DNA from: an uncultured delta proteobacterium
Lineage (GTDB): Bacteria > Desulfobacterota > Desulfuromonadia > Desulfuromonadales > BM103
Assembly: GCA_963715335.1 (NCBI GenBank)
Contig: CAVQRZ010000014.1
Span: forward strand, 170,968 to 234,967
Length of the DNA: 64,000 bases
Direction: 5' to 3'
Positions 1 to 8,739 of the stretch are shown here, piece by piece (the stretch's first letter is position 1; each line of letters starts with the position of its first letter). Below the pieces are notes generated by a model. The model saw only the letters and a list, made by a program, of their open reading frames with translations, ran no database searches and was not told the origin of the DNA. A program made the position numbers and the translations under genes.

Positions 1-1178
1 AGGGCGAGCATCAGCGAGATGAAGTTGAATTTTTCCAGGCCGGTTGCGTTGTCGACCTTGAACTTCAGGCCGGGGCGCAGGATGCGGCTGCCGGGAGTTG
101 GCTTCTGATAGTAGATGGTGGTCGTGGCATCACCAACCTTGACGTACTTTTTGCCCCAGAGCACCACGGTGCTCTCCTTGAAGCGATTCAGAAACTCCAG
201 CGGGCCGACCGCACCGGTCTGGGCAATTTCCTTGCCGTCGACTTTGATTTCCTTGATGTGACCGACCGCATAAAACTTGCCGTCCTCTTTGGGTGCACCG
301 TTGAACAGCTTGGTGCCATCGGCCAGTTCGGTCGTGTAAAGGGCCTCGGCCAGTTCGAAGCCGCCAGCCGGGTTTTCCTTGAGGTGCCAGACGGTTTCGT
401 TGCCGTCCTTGGCCAGCTTGACGAAGCCGGCTTTACCGAATTCGGAGTCAAGCCCGTCAACCACAGCATAGCCTGGCACTTGCAGCTCACCGTTGGCGAC
501 AACGGCCTGCAGGTCCTGGAACTTGTGGTACTCCTTGGTGCCGCCCTGATTGGGCTCGGTGCCCAGGCCACGGAACAGCACCAGGCCGACGACGATGGTT
601 GAGCAGATCAGGAGCAGTGCGCCCTTGAAGAACTGCACGTAGGTGGTTGAGGCCATGCCGGCCGTCGCAACGATGATCGTTACCACCACACCGACAATGC
701 AGACGCCGACCCAGTGCGGCATGCCGAGCAGAGGCTGAACCAGGACGCCGGCGCCGACCATCTGCGGGATCAGGTAGAAGACCGAGATGGCCAGAGTTGA
801 AATCGCAGCCATGAGCTGGATCGCTTTGGAGTTGAACTTGGAGTCGAGAGCGTCGGTGAAGGTGTACTTGCCAAGGCGCTTCATCGGTTCGGCGACCAGG
901 AAGAGGGCGACCATCCAGCCGGCCAGGTAGCCGATCGAATACATCCAGCCGTCGAAACCGGCGGTTGCGATCATGCCGCAAATACCGAGGAAGGATGCTG
1001 CCGAGAGGTAGTCGCCAGCGAAGGCAATGCCGTTGGTGAACCAGTGGATGTTGCCGCCGGCGGCGTAGTAGCCGGCAGCCGAGGTGGTTCGGCGTGCCAG
1101 GTAGAACGACAGGCCGAGGACAAACAGGACAAACATGACGAACAGGCCGATGGCCAGAGGTGATTGTGTGTATATCAT
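1..1178 (-). CDS. Cation/acetate symporter (ActP-like, sodium:solute symporter family), runs off the window start
   Basis: Manual translation from ATG 1178: MIYTQSPLAIGLFV...YYAAGGNIHWFTNGIAFAGDYLSAASFLG...FDGWMYSIGYLAGW...AEPMKRLGKYTFTD, typical of the SSF/ActP family. Lies next to a DUF485 gene. Not in the ORF track because it has no stop codon in the window. Confidence 0.9.
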   Translation of the reverse strand, partial: MIYTQSPLAIGLFVMFVLFVLGLSFYLARRTTSAAGYYAAGGNIHWFTNGIAFAGDYLSAASFLGICGMIATAGFDGWMYSIGYLAGWMVALFLVAEPMKRLGKYTFTDALDSKFNSKAIQLMAAISTLAISVFYLIPQMVGAGVLVQPLLGMPHWVGVCIVGVVVTIIVATAGMASTTYVQFFKGALLLICSTIVVGLVLFRGLGTEPNQGGTKEYHKFQDLQAVVANGELQVPGYAVVDGLDSEFGKAGFVKLAKDGNETVWHLKENPAGGFELAEALYTTELADGTKLFNGAPKEDGKFYAVGHIKEIKVDGKEIAQTGAVGPLEFLNRFKESTVVLWGKKYVKVGDATTTIYYQKPTPGSRILRPGLKFKVDNATGLEKFNFISLMLA

Positions 1179-1193
1179 GGTGGTTTCCCCCTA

Positions 1194-1457
1194 TCAGTTC
1201 AGGCGCGCTTCAGCGGCGGTACAGAAGTGGTTGTAGATGATCGCCAGCACGAATGCAAAGATGATCAGGAAGAAGCCGTAGAGCACGGCGAGGGTCTGGC
1301 CGAAATAGACTTTTTCCATCAATGCCGGGTAGGCGGCGTTGATGACGACAAAGCCGAAGTAGGTCAGAGTGTAGACGATGAACATCGTAACGCCGAGTCT
1401 GGTCTTGTACCCGGCGGCGTTGTCCTTGCCGAGTTTTGCTGCTGGTCCGTGTCCCAT
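1194..1457 (-). CDS. DUF485 small membrane protein (ActP partner)
   Basis: 87 aa with two TM segments, MGHGPAAKLGKDNAAGYKTRLG...; directly upstream of the symporter. Confidence 0.85.
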   Translation of the reverse strand: MGHGPAAKLGKDNAAGYKTRLGVTMFIVYTLTYFGFVVINAAYPALMEKVYFGQTLAVLYGFFLIIFAFVLAIIYNHFCTAAEARLN

Positions 1458-1978
1458 GGGTAATGACTCCTTTTCCTGTGTGATTTACCTGATTTGTCTC
1501 CGAAATAACTACATCTGGCAATCATATGGCAATAAGTTTTCGCAGCCATACAAGCTGCTCAGCATATCATAAAGCTAGGGATTCCAACTGCTTGGTCCAG
1601 GTTGAAGCTTCCAGATAAGGCCTTGGGATTGCACAATTGTAAGAGAGAGCTAAGGGTACGTATGCGCGATAAATAACCAAATCATGGTGGTATTTTTTGC
1701 GACATGATACGTCGTTCTAAAAAGAAGTCAATAAAAAATTTCACATAAACAGGCCACTTATTGAGGGGGTTAGGATAAAGTGTGCGGAATTTCAGGAGAT
1801 TTAACTTCTGTAAAAAAATAACTGATCGTGGGGATAAAAAGACGTTTTATCTTATAGGTTAAAAGTTTATCAATATGGTTTTCGAGATAAAAAACGCTCT
1901 GTACTTTACCTAGCTTGACGGGTCAAGTTATAAGGTCAAGTCAGGGTAGCGATGTGGCTTACAGGGAAAGGTCTGCTC

Positions 1979-2164
1979 ATGATCAAATACAAAGTGGTCG
2001 AACTCTCCGTGGTGACCGATGAGTCATTGGAAGAGGTGTTGAACCAGTTGAGTGTGAAGGGATGGCATTTCGACGGTATCCAGTTTGTTGTACGCGAGGC
2101 AAGCAAAAGACCATCGATGGCCTTCGTGCTTTTTACCCGTGATATTTCAGATGAGCAGGTCTAA
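1979..2164 (+). CDS. DUF4177-like small protein
   Basis: MIKYKVVELSVVTDESLEEVLNQLSVKGWHFDG; YKVV...LN..G.GW pattern. Confidence 0.7.
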   Translation: MIKYKVVELSVVTDESLEEVLNQLSVKGWHFDGIQFVVREASKRPSMAFVLFTRDISDEQV

Positions 2165-2337
2165 TCTGACCAGTTCTCTACATCTTCGTATGTGATCGTA
2201 TGACGCGGGTCCGAAGACGGGGAGGCGCCGCAGCGCTGGCAGGTCGGTTCCACAGGTTCGTCTTCAACAATTTCGACGACGCTCAGTTCCAGCCGTTTAC
2301 CACGACAACTGCAATACCATTTGCGATGTTGTGACAT
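2161..2337 (-). CDS. Small putative zinc-binding protein (58 aa, CxC...CxxC)
   Basis: GGAGGAG RBS before ATG 2337; MSQHRKWYCSCRGKRLELSVVEIVEDEPVEPTCQRCGASPSSDPRHTITYEDVENWSD*; below the ORF-track length cutoff. Confidence 0.7.
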   Translation of the reverse strand: MSQHRKWYCSCRGKRLELSVVEIVEDEPVEPTCQRCGASPSSDPRHTITYEDVENWSD

Positions 2338-2477
2338 GGGCTCCTCCCGTTTCGATGTATGTTCCAGTTAGCAGTATGGCAGGGAATGGTGAGGATGCAA
2401 TTAAATCACTGGTCAGGGCAACAGGATGGTTCATCTGTTGCCTTTTTCTTTGTACTCTGGAATTCAAAGATAAAACA

Positions 2478-2899
2478 AAAAGCAAAACCCGGGGGTTGCG
2501 CCCCCCGACTGCGCCTTACTCTTTTGCTGGCCCAAAAGAGTAAGCAGAAAAGGGCCTGCGCTGCGCTGGGCATGTCTGGCTCGAAAAGGCGGCAACCTCA
2601 ATCCGGATCGTTCTAAACGATCAAGAGCCTACGCTTCCCCCGCAGGAGCCGAGGCTCTTGAGAGCCTCTCCTGCTGTGGAGGCTTGCGTCGGTAGGGGAT
2701 GTTTTGGCTTTTCCCTGTAAATCACACGGAAAGGTCAGGCCCTTTGACACAGGGCCGGATCCCCATCAGCAAAGGTTGTTGAAGTCACAGAAATCCGGCA
2801 AAGGAGATGCCCTCCGCAAGGAGAAGGCACTTTTGCATACTTTTGTTGCCGGACAAAAGTATGGCGTCGGGCGGGACGCGACCCGCCGGTTTTGCTTTT
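2478..2899 (+). repeat. Dispersed structured non-coding element, copy A (MITE/REPIN-like or ncRNA)
   Basis: Terminal IR AAAAGCAAAACC/GGTTTTGCTTTT and about 8 internal hairpins; near-identical inverted copy at 29640-30058 and partial or variant copies at 56911-57399 and 59566-59829. Confidence 0.9.
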
Positions 2900-2985
2900 A
2901 AGCATTTCAAGAACAAAGAACAAGGGCAACAGATGAAACCCTCTGTTGCCCCTAATTTTTCTTCACTGAACCCTACGGTCAAAAA

Positions 2986-3951
2986 TCAGTAGACAAGTCC
3001 GGTTTTCTTCCGCACCTTGCGCAACGTCTTGCTCGCCGCCCAGCGGGCCTTCTCGGCGCCCCTGGCAAGAGTCGCCCGGAGACTGTCGGGGTTGGCGAGC
3101 AGTTCCTTGCGAGATTCAGCCTGCGGTGCAAAGTAATCCCGGACCGTTTCAAAGAGCTCCTGCTTGACATCGCCGAACGCCAGGCCACCGGCCTCGTATC
3201 TTTGCCTCAGGGCAGCATCACCAGCCTTGTCGAGAAAGAGACGGAAGATCTTGTAGACATTGCAGGCGTCAGGGTCTTTCGGGTCTTCGACCGGGATCGG
3301 TCCGGTGACAATGCGCATAATCTGTTTGCGCAGCGCCTTGTCCTCGGCGAACAGGTCGATGGTGTTGCCGTAGCTCTTGCTCATCTTCTGACCGTCGAGC
3401 CCGGGGACCGTGGCGACGTCGTCGTCAATTTCGGGCTCAGGCAGGGTGAAAATCTCGCCGTATTCGTTGTTGAACTTGATAGCGATGTCCCGTGCGACTT
3501 CGACGTGCTGCTTCTGGTCCTTGCCGACGGGGACTTTTTCGCTCTGGAACAGCAGTATGTCGGCGGTCATCAGAACCGGGTAGGCGAACAGGCCATGATT
3601 GGCGGCGATCCCTTTGCCGACCTTGTCCTTGTAGCTGTGGCAGCGCTCCAGCAGGCCCATCGGCGTAAAGTTGGAAAGAATCCAGGTCAGTTCCTGGACC
3701 TCCGGCACGTCGGATTGCACCCAGAAGGTGCTCTTCTCAGGGTCCATGCCGAGCGCCAGGAAGTTGGCTGCCGCCTCGATGGTGCCGCGGGCGAGGGCCT
3801 TGCCGTCGCTGAGCGAGGTCTGGGCATGGTAGTTGGCGATGAAACAGAAAAGCTCGGACTCTTCCTGGTAGGCAATCATCTTCGACATCATGCCGAAGTA
3901 GTTGCCAAGGTGTAAAGAGCCGGAAGGTTGTATGCCGGACAGAACGCGCAT
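2986..3951 (-). CDS. trpS: Tryptophanyl-tRNA synthetase
   Basis: SGIQPSGSLHLGNY (HIGH), VPVGKDQKQH, KMSKS. Confidence 0.97.
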   Translation of the reverse strand: MRVLSGIQPSGSLHLGNYFGMMSKMIAYQEESELFCFIANYHAQTSLSDGKALARGTIEAAANFLALGMDPEKSTFWVQSDVPEVQELTWILSNFTPMGLLERCHSYKDKVGKGIAANHGLFAYPVLMTADILLFQSEKVPVGKDQKQHVEVARDIAIKFNNEYGEIFTLPEPEIDDDVATVPGLDGQKMSKSYGNTIDLFAEDKALRKQIMRIVTGPIPVEDPKDPDACNVYKIFRLFLDKAGDAALRQRYEAGGLAFGDVKQELFETVRDYFAPQAESRKELLANPDSLRATLARGAEKARWAASKTLRKVRKKTGLVY

Positions 3952-4036
3952 GTCGATACCTCTTGAACAGTTGGTTTCTCTTTGTCCGAGGGAAACTATC
4001 AGAAATGGGAACAGAATTCAATTGGAGAGAATGCAG

Positions 4037-4143
4037 GTGTAACTGCTGTAAAACCGCGAGCCCCGAGGTGAAGGTCAGCAAGCGCGCCGCGGCGAGAAGG
4101 TCGGATCATTGCGTCGAGGGTCCGGTCTGGATGTCAGTTATGT
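4037..4143 (-). other. Possible degenerate attC site
   Basis: Minus strand ACATAAC-6nt-CCAGACCGGAC...GTTACAC, 107 bp, with box spacing like the clear attC at 54387-54495; L boxes pair poorly. Confidence 0.25.
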
Positions 4144-4217
4144 CTGGGCCGGTGTGCAAACGCACATGGGAATCTCAGCGTGATTGCCCGAACAGTAAAG
4201 CGTTGCTTCGCTGAGCA

Positions 4218-4279
4218 GTTTGCATCATGGCCGCGTGGGTCCGCCTTGTCAGGCAGAGTTCCGCGGCCATGATGCAAAC
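4218..4279. terminator. 18-bp perfect inverted repeat (hairpin) just downstream of the 4289-5158 gene
   Basis: GTTTGCATCATGGCCGCG (4218-4235) / CGCGGCCATGATGCAAAC (4262-4279). Confidence 0.5.
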
Positions 4280-4288
4280 CGGTCGTGT

Positions 4289-5158
4289 CTAAAAACTGAA
4301 GGTGGTGCGGATCGTGCCGGTCTGCGTCGAGCCTTCACCATCGCTGTGGCCGAAAGCGTAGCCGGCCTTGATCTCCATCCTGTCCCACAGGGGGATGATC
4401 AGTTGCGGGACGGCCTGGACAATCTGCCGGTCGTTGAAGTCGGTGCTGTAGAGGACCTCGAAGGCGGGTTTTATGAATCCTTCCGCATTATAGACCGCCC
4501 CCCCGCTCAGGTTCAGCAGGTAGAATTCGGTCCCGTTATCACTCGGGTTGATGTCGTCAGAGTCAAAATAATAGCGACTATCCACGCTTGCCTGCAGGCG
4601 GATGTTCCGATCTGCTCTGGCATTGTCAACATTGAGACCGAGACGGGCGACACGCCCGGTGTGGTTATACACATCGTCGACGCTGGTTTCCAGCCGTGCA
4701 GACCGTGTGCCGCCACCGAAATAGATGGAAGAGTTGACAGGGTATTCGTCAGTCCTGGTGAGTTCTCTCTGCAGCACCAGGGTTGCGAAATCGTAGACGC
4801 CGCCATCGCCGTCGATGTCAACGGATTCGCCGGTCTCTATGACCTCAGCGTCACCGTCGGTATAGAAAGGATATTCGAAACGTACTTCCCAGCGCTTCTC
4901 CTGGCCGAAGGGCACGATGATTTCAGCTTTGGTCGAGTAGCCATCAAACTCGTTAGCTTCTTCCAGGGCGACATTCCTGAAGTTGTCGTAAGTGAGGTTC
5001 ACCGTGATCCGTTGTACGTTGCGGGCATTCCGGGTATATATCGGCTCCAGTTCAAAAAGATTCTGCCGGGCCTTTCTCTCCCCACTGTCGGCGAGTGCGG
5101 AGGTGGCTAACAACAAGAGAATACCGATAACCAGAGAAGACACGTATTTCATTTTCAT
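4289..5158 (-). CDS. Hypothetical secreted protein, probable outer-membrane beta-barrel
   Basis: Signal peptide MKMKYVSSLVIGILLLLATSALA, alternating beta-strand pattern and C-terminal Phe (TTFSF); start codon inferred. Confidence 0.65.
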   Translation of the reverse strand: MKMKYVSSLVIGILLLLATSALADSGERKARQNLFELEPIYTRNARNVQRITVNLTYDNFRNVALEEANEFDGYSTKAEIIVPFGQEKRWEVRFEYPFYTDGDAEVIETGESVDIDGDGGVYDFATLVLQRELTRTDEYPVNSSIYFGGGTRSARLETSVDDVYNHTGRVARLGLNVDNARADRNIRLQASVDSRYYFDSDDINPSDNGTEFYLLNLSGGAVYNAEGFIKPAFEVLYSTDFNDRQIVQAVPQLIIPLWDRMEIKAGYAFGHSDGEGSTQTGTIRTTFSF

Positions 5159-5358
5159 AACTCCATTCCCGGGGGTTGATTTGTTTAAGTACTGAAGATG
5201 GATGAAACCAGTCAAATATCGTACAGCGTATGTCATCGGATCGACCTAGCCATCAAGCTGAACTTCTATCCGAAGTCCTCTCTATTGTCAAATTCATAAG
5301 TTTAGACGATTTCCTGCATAGACCTCGACGTGACATCGAGCGGGCGATCGCCTGCCAC

Positions 5359-6303
5359 TCACGGATGCTTGGCGCCCTCTGGCGCATATACCGCGTCAGG
5401 GCGAGTTCCAGGCTTGCCCTCTGTCTCGTTGTTGTAGAAACGCTGAGTCGGGTAGGCGAAGTCGATGTCATCATGGGCTGCAAAGGCATCCAGGATATCT
5501 TCCCAGATTTCCTGTTCGGAGCCACGACGCCTGCGTGGTTCACAGAGATAGCGGATTGTCAGCATCACGCCGCAATCCTTGACCGTAGTGTAGACCACCG
5601 GGGTCAGTTTGGAATAAAAGATCATGAACTTCTTGGCGGCCTCCCTGAGCTTGCTGGCCGCAGAATCGCTCAGAGATGTGCCGTGCCTACGGGCAATTTC
5701 GGAAAGCAGTTGCTTCGCCTTGCGCCAGTCACTTTCGAAGGTTACCAGGACCGGGATTTCGTTCCAGATGTACTGAAACCCTTGGCTGTAGTTGGCCAGG
5801 ACCTCATTGAATATCTTGCCGTTCGGGATATGGATTACACGCCCCGTGCTCTGGTCGGAGTCAACCCAGTTGCCGATTTCCATCAGACTGAACATGAAGA
5901 TTCTCTGGTCGATGACGTCGCCCCGGTCGGCACCCAGTTGGATGCGGTCGCCGACCTTGAACGGTTGACGCCAGAGGATAAAAGCCCAACCAGCCAGGTT
6001 GACCAGAGGGGTCTGCAGGGCAATGGCCAGACCTGCGGAGAGCAGACCGAGATAAGTCGAAACGGCCTGGAAACCGGCAAACCATATCCGGCCTATGACG
6101 AGGAAGGCCAGCGGGTAGATGATGTAGGCGACGGTTTTGCGAATGCGGTACTGGACCTGGACCTCACGGTCACGCAGCAAAACGCTCATGATCAGTTTTT
6201 TGACCAACCAGAAGAAGACGATTGCAAGGATTGTGTAGAACACCCTGCTTTCGAAAAACTGTCCGCTTAAAAGATGATCTTTCAGTGAATTCAAGGTGTT
6301 CAT
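5359..6303 (-). CDS. MscS-family small-conductance mechanosensitive channel
   Basis: GLAIALQ...PFKVGDRI...IPNGKIF...IDFAYPTQ. Confidence 0.9.
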   Translation of the reverse strand: MNTLNSLKDHLLSGQFFESRVFYTILAIVFFWLVKKLIMSVLLRDREVQVQYRIRKTVAYIIYPLAFLVIGRIWFAGFQAVSTYLGLLSAGLAIALQTPLVNLAGWAFILWRQPFKVGDRIQLGADRGDVIDQRIFMFSLMEIGNWVDSDQSTGRVIHIPNGKIFNEVLANYSQGFQYIWNEIPVLVTFESDWRKAKQLLSEIARRHGTSLSDSAASKLREAAKKFMIFYSKLTPVVYTTVKDCGVMLTIRYLCEPRRRRGSEQEIWEDILDAFAAHDDIDFAYPTQRFYNNETEGKPGTRPDAVYAPEGAKHP

Positions 6304-6916
6304 GCTTTATCTGTTCCTCCAATAACCCCTTAATACTAACGAAAAGTCAGCAGGGTGCAATGGTCAGGTGAGAAGATAATGGGGCTCTCCGTGTGAAGAG
6401 TCCTTTTATGGGCTGTGGTCGGTGGCGTTTGTCGTGAAAGTAGATATCGCGTTTGATCCATTGATGCCTAAAACCAAAACCCGCTTAACTCGGTCCATTT
6501 GCTGCAGAGGGCCCGGCCGTTGTTCATTCGTGCAATTCAAATCACGGCTGCGCTGCTAACAGTCTTCTTGCTGTGGCATTATATGGGAATAACCGAAAAA
6601 GTGGGTTTGGCGGTTTTCAGTTTGAGGTATATACTTCAAGACTAATCTGTAGACTGCACCTGAGTCGCTCAGATCAAGGCCGTTAGGCTGCCGCGGAGGA
6701 CTGTTCCCGATGTTTCACGTGTTACCGGACTAAGGTTAGCCAGTTCAACTTGCGGCCGGAAAGTGAAGAGTCGGAAGTGTCGTAGCGAGACCCAGGCACT
6801 TCGCGTTTCTGCAGATCGTCAGATGCATAAAGCTACGAAGGAAATAATCCAGCGGAGAGGCAATCTCGCACGGCATCACCTTCCCTTGTTGCGGAGGAAA
6901 CTGTTTAAGGAGGCGT

Positions 6917-7933
6917 ATGACTAAATTTGCCGAACATCTTCACGGAGGCCCAGTCACCGATGAAGAAATCAACAGGATTCGCAATGCTCTGCTGTTCGAA
7001 CAGCCAGAAAGGAAACGCAAACTCACGCGGTTTTTCTGCCTCCTGGTTCTCGCCGCGTCTATCTCGACATTCGGGCTGATGGCGGACTCTGTCGCGACCG
7101 TTATCGGAGCGATGATCGTCGCCCCACTCATGCTTCCCATCATGGGCATGGCCTTTGGCGTAAGCCTTGCGGACCGCGGGATCATTCTAAATTCGCTAAC
7201 TGTGTCGATCTTGGGTATAGCCACCGCAATTGCAGTCGGTTTCCTGCTCACATGGGGATTCCGCAACCTGGTCAACGTAGAGTCGATCACGCAGGTCATG
7301 ATCCGCACCGAACCAAGGCTTGTCGATCTGTTCGCGGCACTGGCCACAGGCCTCGCTGGCGCCTTCGCCACCGGGCGGAAAGACGTTTCCGACACGCTTC
7401 CCGGGGTTGCTATCGCAATTTCCCTAGTCCCTCCGTTGACAAATGTGGGAATACTGCTCGCCGCCGGGCTACCGGATCTGGCAATGGGTAGCTTGCTCCT
7501 CTTTGTCACAAACTACTTGGCGATCCTTTTGACTGGCTCATTGGTGTTCACAATGATGGGGTACCCCCGTGCGTACAACACGCTCCATTCGCGTTCCGCC
7601 CGGCGCACCACTGTCGCAATTACCATTGCGCTCCTCGCGGTTGTAACCATTCCGCTGTCGATGACAAGCTACAAAACCGTCCAGAACATTGTCGCCCAAC
7701 AGCGTGTGGCAAACATCACCAAGGGCTGGTTGTCGGGTAGCGACTACCGGCTAGTCTCTGTAAATTCCGGGAATGGTGTGGTAAGGCTCGTCCTCGTTGG
7801 CCAGGGAGATCTCCCACCACAACATGACCTGGAAGATGCACTCCGAGGCAAACTCTTCCATTTGCCGGTCATCCTGGAAGTTCTACCCGGGACACGGAGC
7901 AGGTTCGAAACGATTGAGGTTGGCAGCCAGTAG
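6917..7933 (+). CDS. DUF389 family membrane protein
   Basis: DSVATVIGAMIVAPLM, LPGVAIAISLVPPL; AAGGAGG RBS. Confidence 0.9.
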   Translation: MTKFAEHLHGGPVTDEEINRIRNALLFEQPERKRKLTRFFCLLVLAASISTFGLMADSVATVIGAMIVAPLMLPIMGMAFGVSLADRGIILNSLTVSILGIATAIAVGFLLTWGFRNLVNVESITQVMIRTEPRLVDLFAALATGLAGAFATGRKDVSDTLPGVAIAISLVPPLTNVGILLAAGLPDLAMGSLLLFVTNYLAILLTGSLVFTMMGYPRAYNTLHSRSARRTTVAITIALLAVVTIPLSMTSYKTVQNIVAQQRVANITKGWLSGSDYRLVSVNSGNGVVRLVLVGQGDLPPQHDLEDALRGKLFHLPVILEVLPGTRSRFETIEVGSQ

Positions 7934-8015
7934 GTGTCTCATCAAAGTCACGTCCAACAGAGTTCTTGATACTGAGAGCTTGGTCGTTGGACCGCAAGAA
8001 GATTTCCGCTACAAG

Positions 8016-8738
8016 ATGAGTAATCGCAAAACTAAACGCCCGATTTCGGAGGCAGAGCAGGAATTCCTCAAAGAGGTCCTGAAAAACGCTAAAACCAGTG
8101 CCCGCTGCTGGAAAATAGCTAGCGTAAACTCAGTGCTGTATTATTCCTTATCCGTGCTTGCTTTTGTCGTTGTCTGGAGAGTCATTGCATGGGTGGCGCA
8201 AGCGACATTAGGTATTGAGATTGGCTGGCACAGCCCTGGGGCAGTCTGGATCGCCGCGTTGGGTGCGGTCGCCTGTGTTCCGCCCGCAATCATTTCCAGC
8301 GTACGTTGGCTTAAGTCACAGGACGATCTCCGCCCAGGCCTGCGTGTTGATCTCGAAAAGGGACTGGTAATCGAAGAGGCTTATGAGTTCACTGCGACAA
8401 AAAGGTTCCAGGAGCCGGAACATGGCGGTTTGATCTATTTTCTGCGAACGACCGAGGACAAGGTTTTGGTATTATTCGACCATGAAAGTCAGGAGCTGGG
8501 GGCACAGGGGGGAAACCCCCTGAACAGCAAATTTCAGCCACGCAAAGAACTTTTGATAGTCCGGGCTCCACAGACCGGAGTTGTTATCAGCCGACTTTTT
8601 TCTGGGGCCGCACTCGACGCTGGCGAGCCTCTGGAGATATCAGTTGAACCACAGACCTGGCCCGAGCCGGGAACTTACTGCAAATACCGATGGGACGAAT
8701 TGGAAGAATGTCTCAGTAAAAAAACATCGCAAAGATGA
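8016..8738 (+). CDS. Hypothetical membrane protein (2 TM), probable integron gene cassette
   Basis: ATG 8016 inside ORF 7797-8738; GTTGGAC at 7986-7992 upstream and an attC starting 2 nt after the stop. Confidence 0.65.
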   Translation: MSNRKTKRPISEAEQEFLKEVLKNAKTSARCWKIASVNSVLYYSLSVLAFVVVWRVIAWVAQATLGIEIGWHSPGAVWIAALGAVACVPPAIISSVRWLKSQDDLRPGLRVDLEKGLVIEEAYEFTATKRFQEPEHGGLIYFLRTTEDKVLVLFDHESQELGAQGGNPLNSKFQPRKELLIVRAPQTGVVISRLFSGAALDAGEPLEISVEPQTWPEPGTYCKYRWDELEECLSKKTSQR

Positions 8739-8739
8739 T

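Noticed and set aside
1460..1950. Sigma54 promoter or riboswitch upstream of the DUF485-symporter operon
   Set aside because: The closest match (TTGCCATATGATTGC on the minus strand) lacks the invariant GG at -24, and there is no recognisable aptamer.
2478..2899. Repeat considered as a CRISPR array, group II intron fragment, tRNA or riboswitch
   Set aside because: No tandem repeat-spacer periodicity, no domain V/VI motif, no cloverleaf, and no consistent position or orientation relative to downstream genes.
2359..2992. Short ORFs overlapping the dispersed repeat (e.g. MPSARRRHFCILLLPDKSMASGGTRPAG, also at 29523-29921, 57078-57508 and 59477-59958)
   Set aside because: They recur only because the DNA is repeated. 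Starts, stops and frames differ between copies and there is no consistent RBS, so they were treated as non-coding.
7797..8015. N-terminal extension of the 7797-8738 ORF
   Set aside because: It overlaps the DUF389 gene and crosses the attC-like remnant; ATG 8016 fits a cassette start better.
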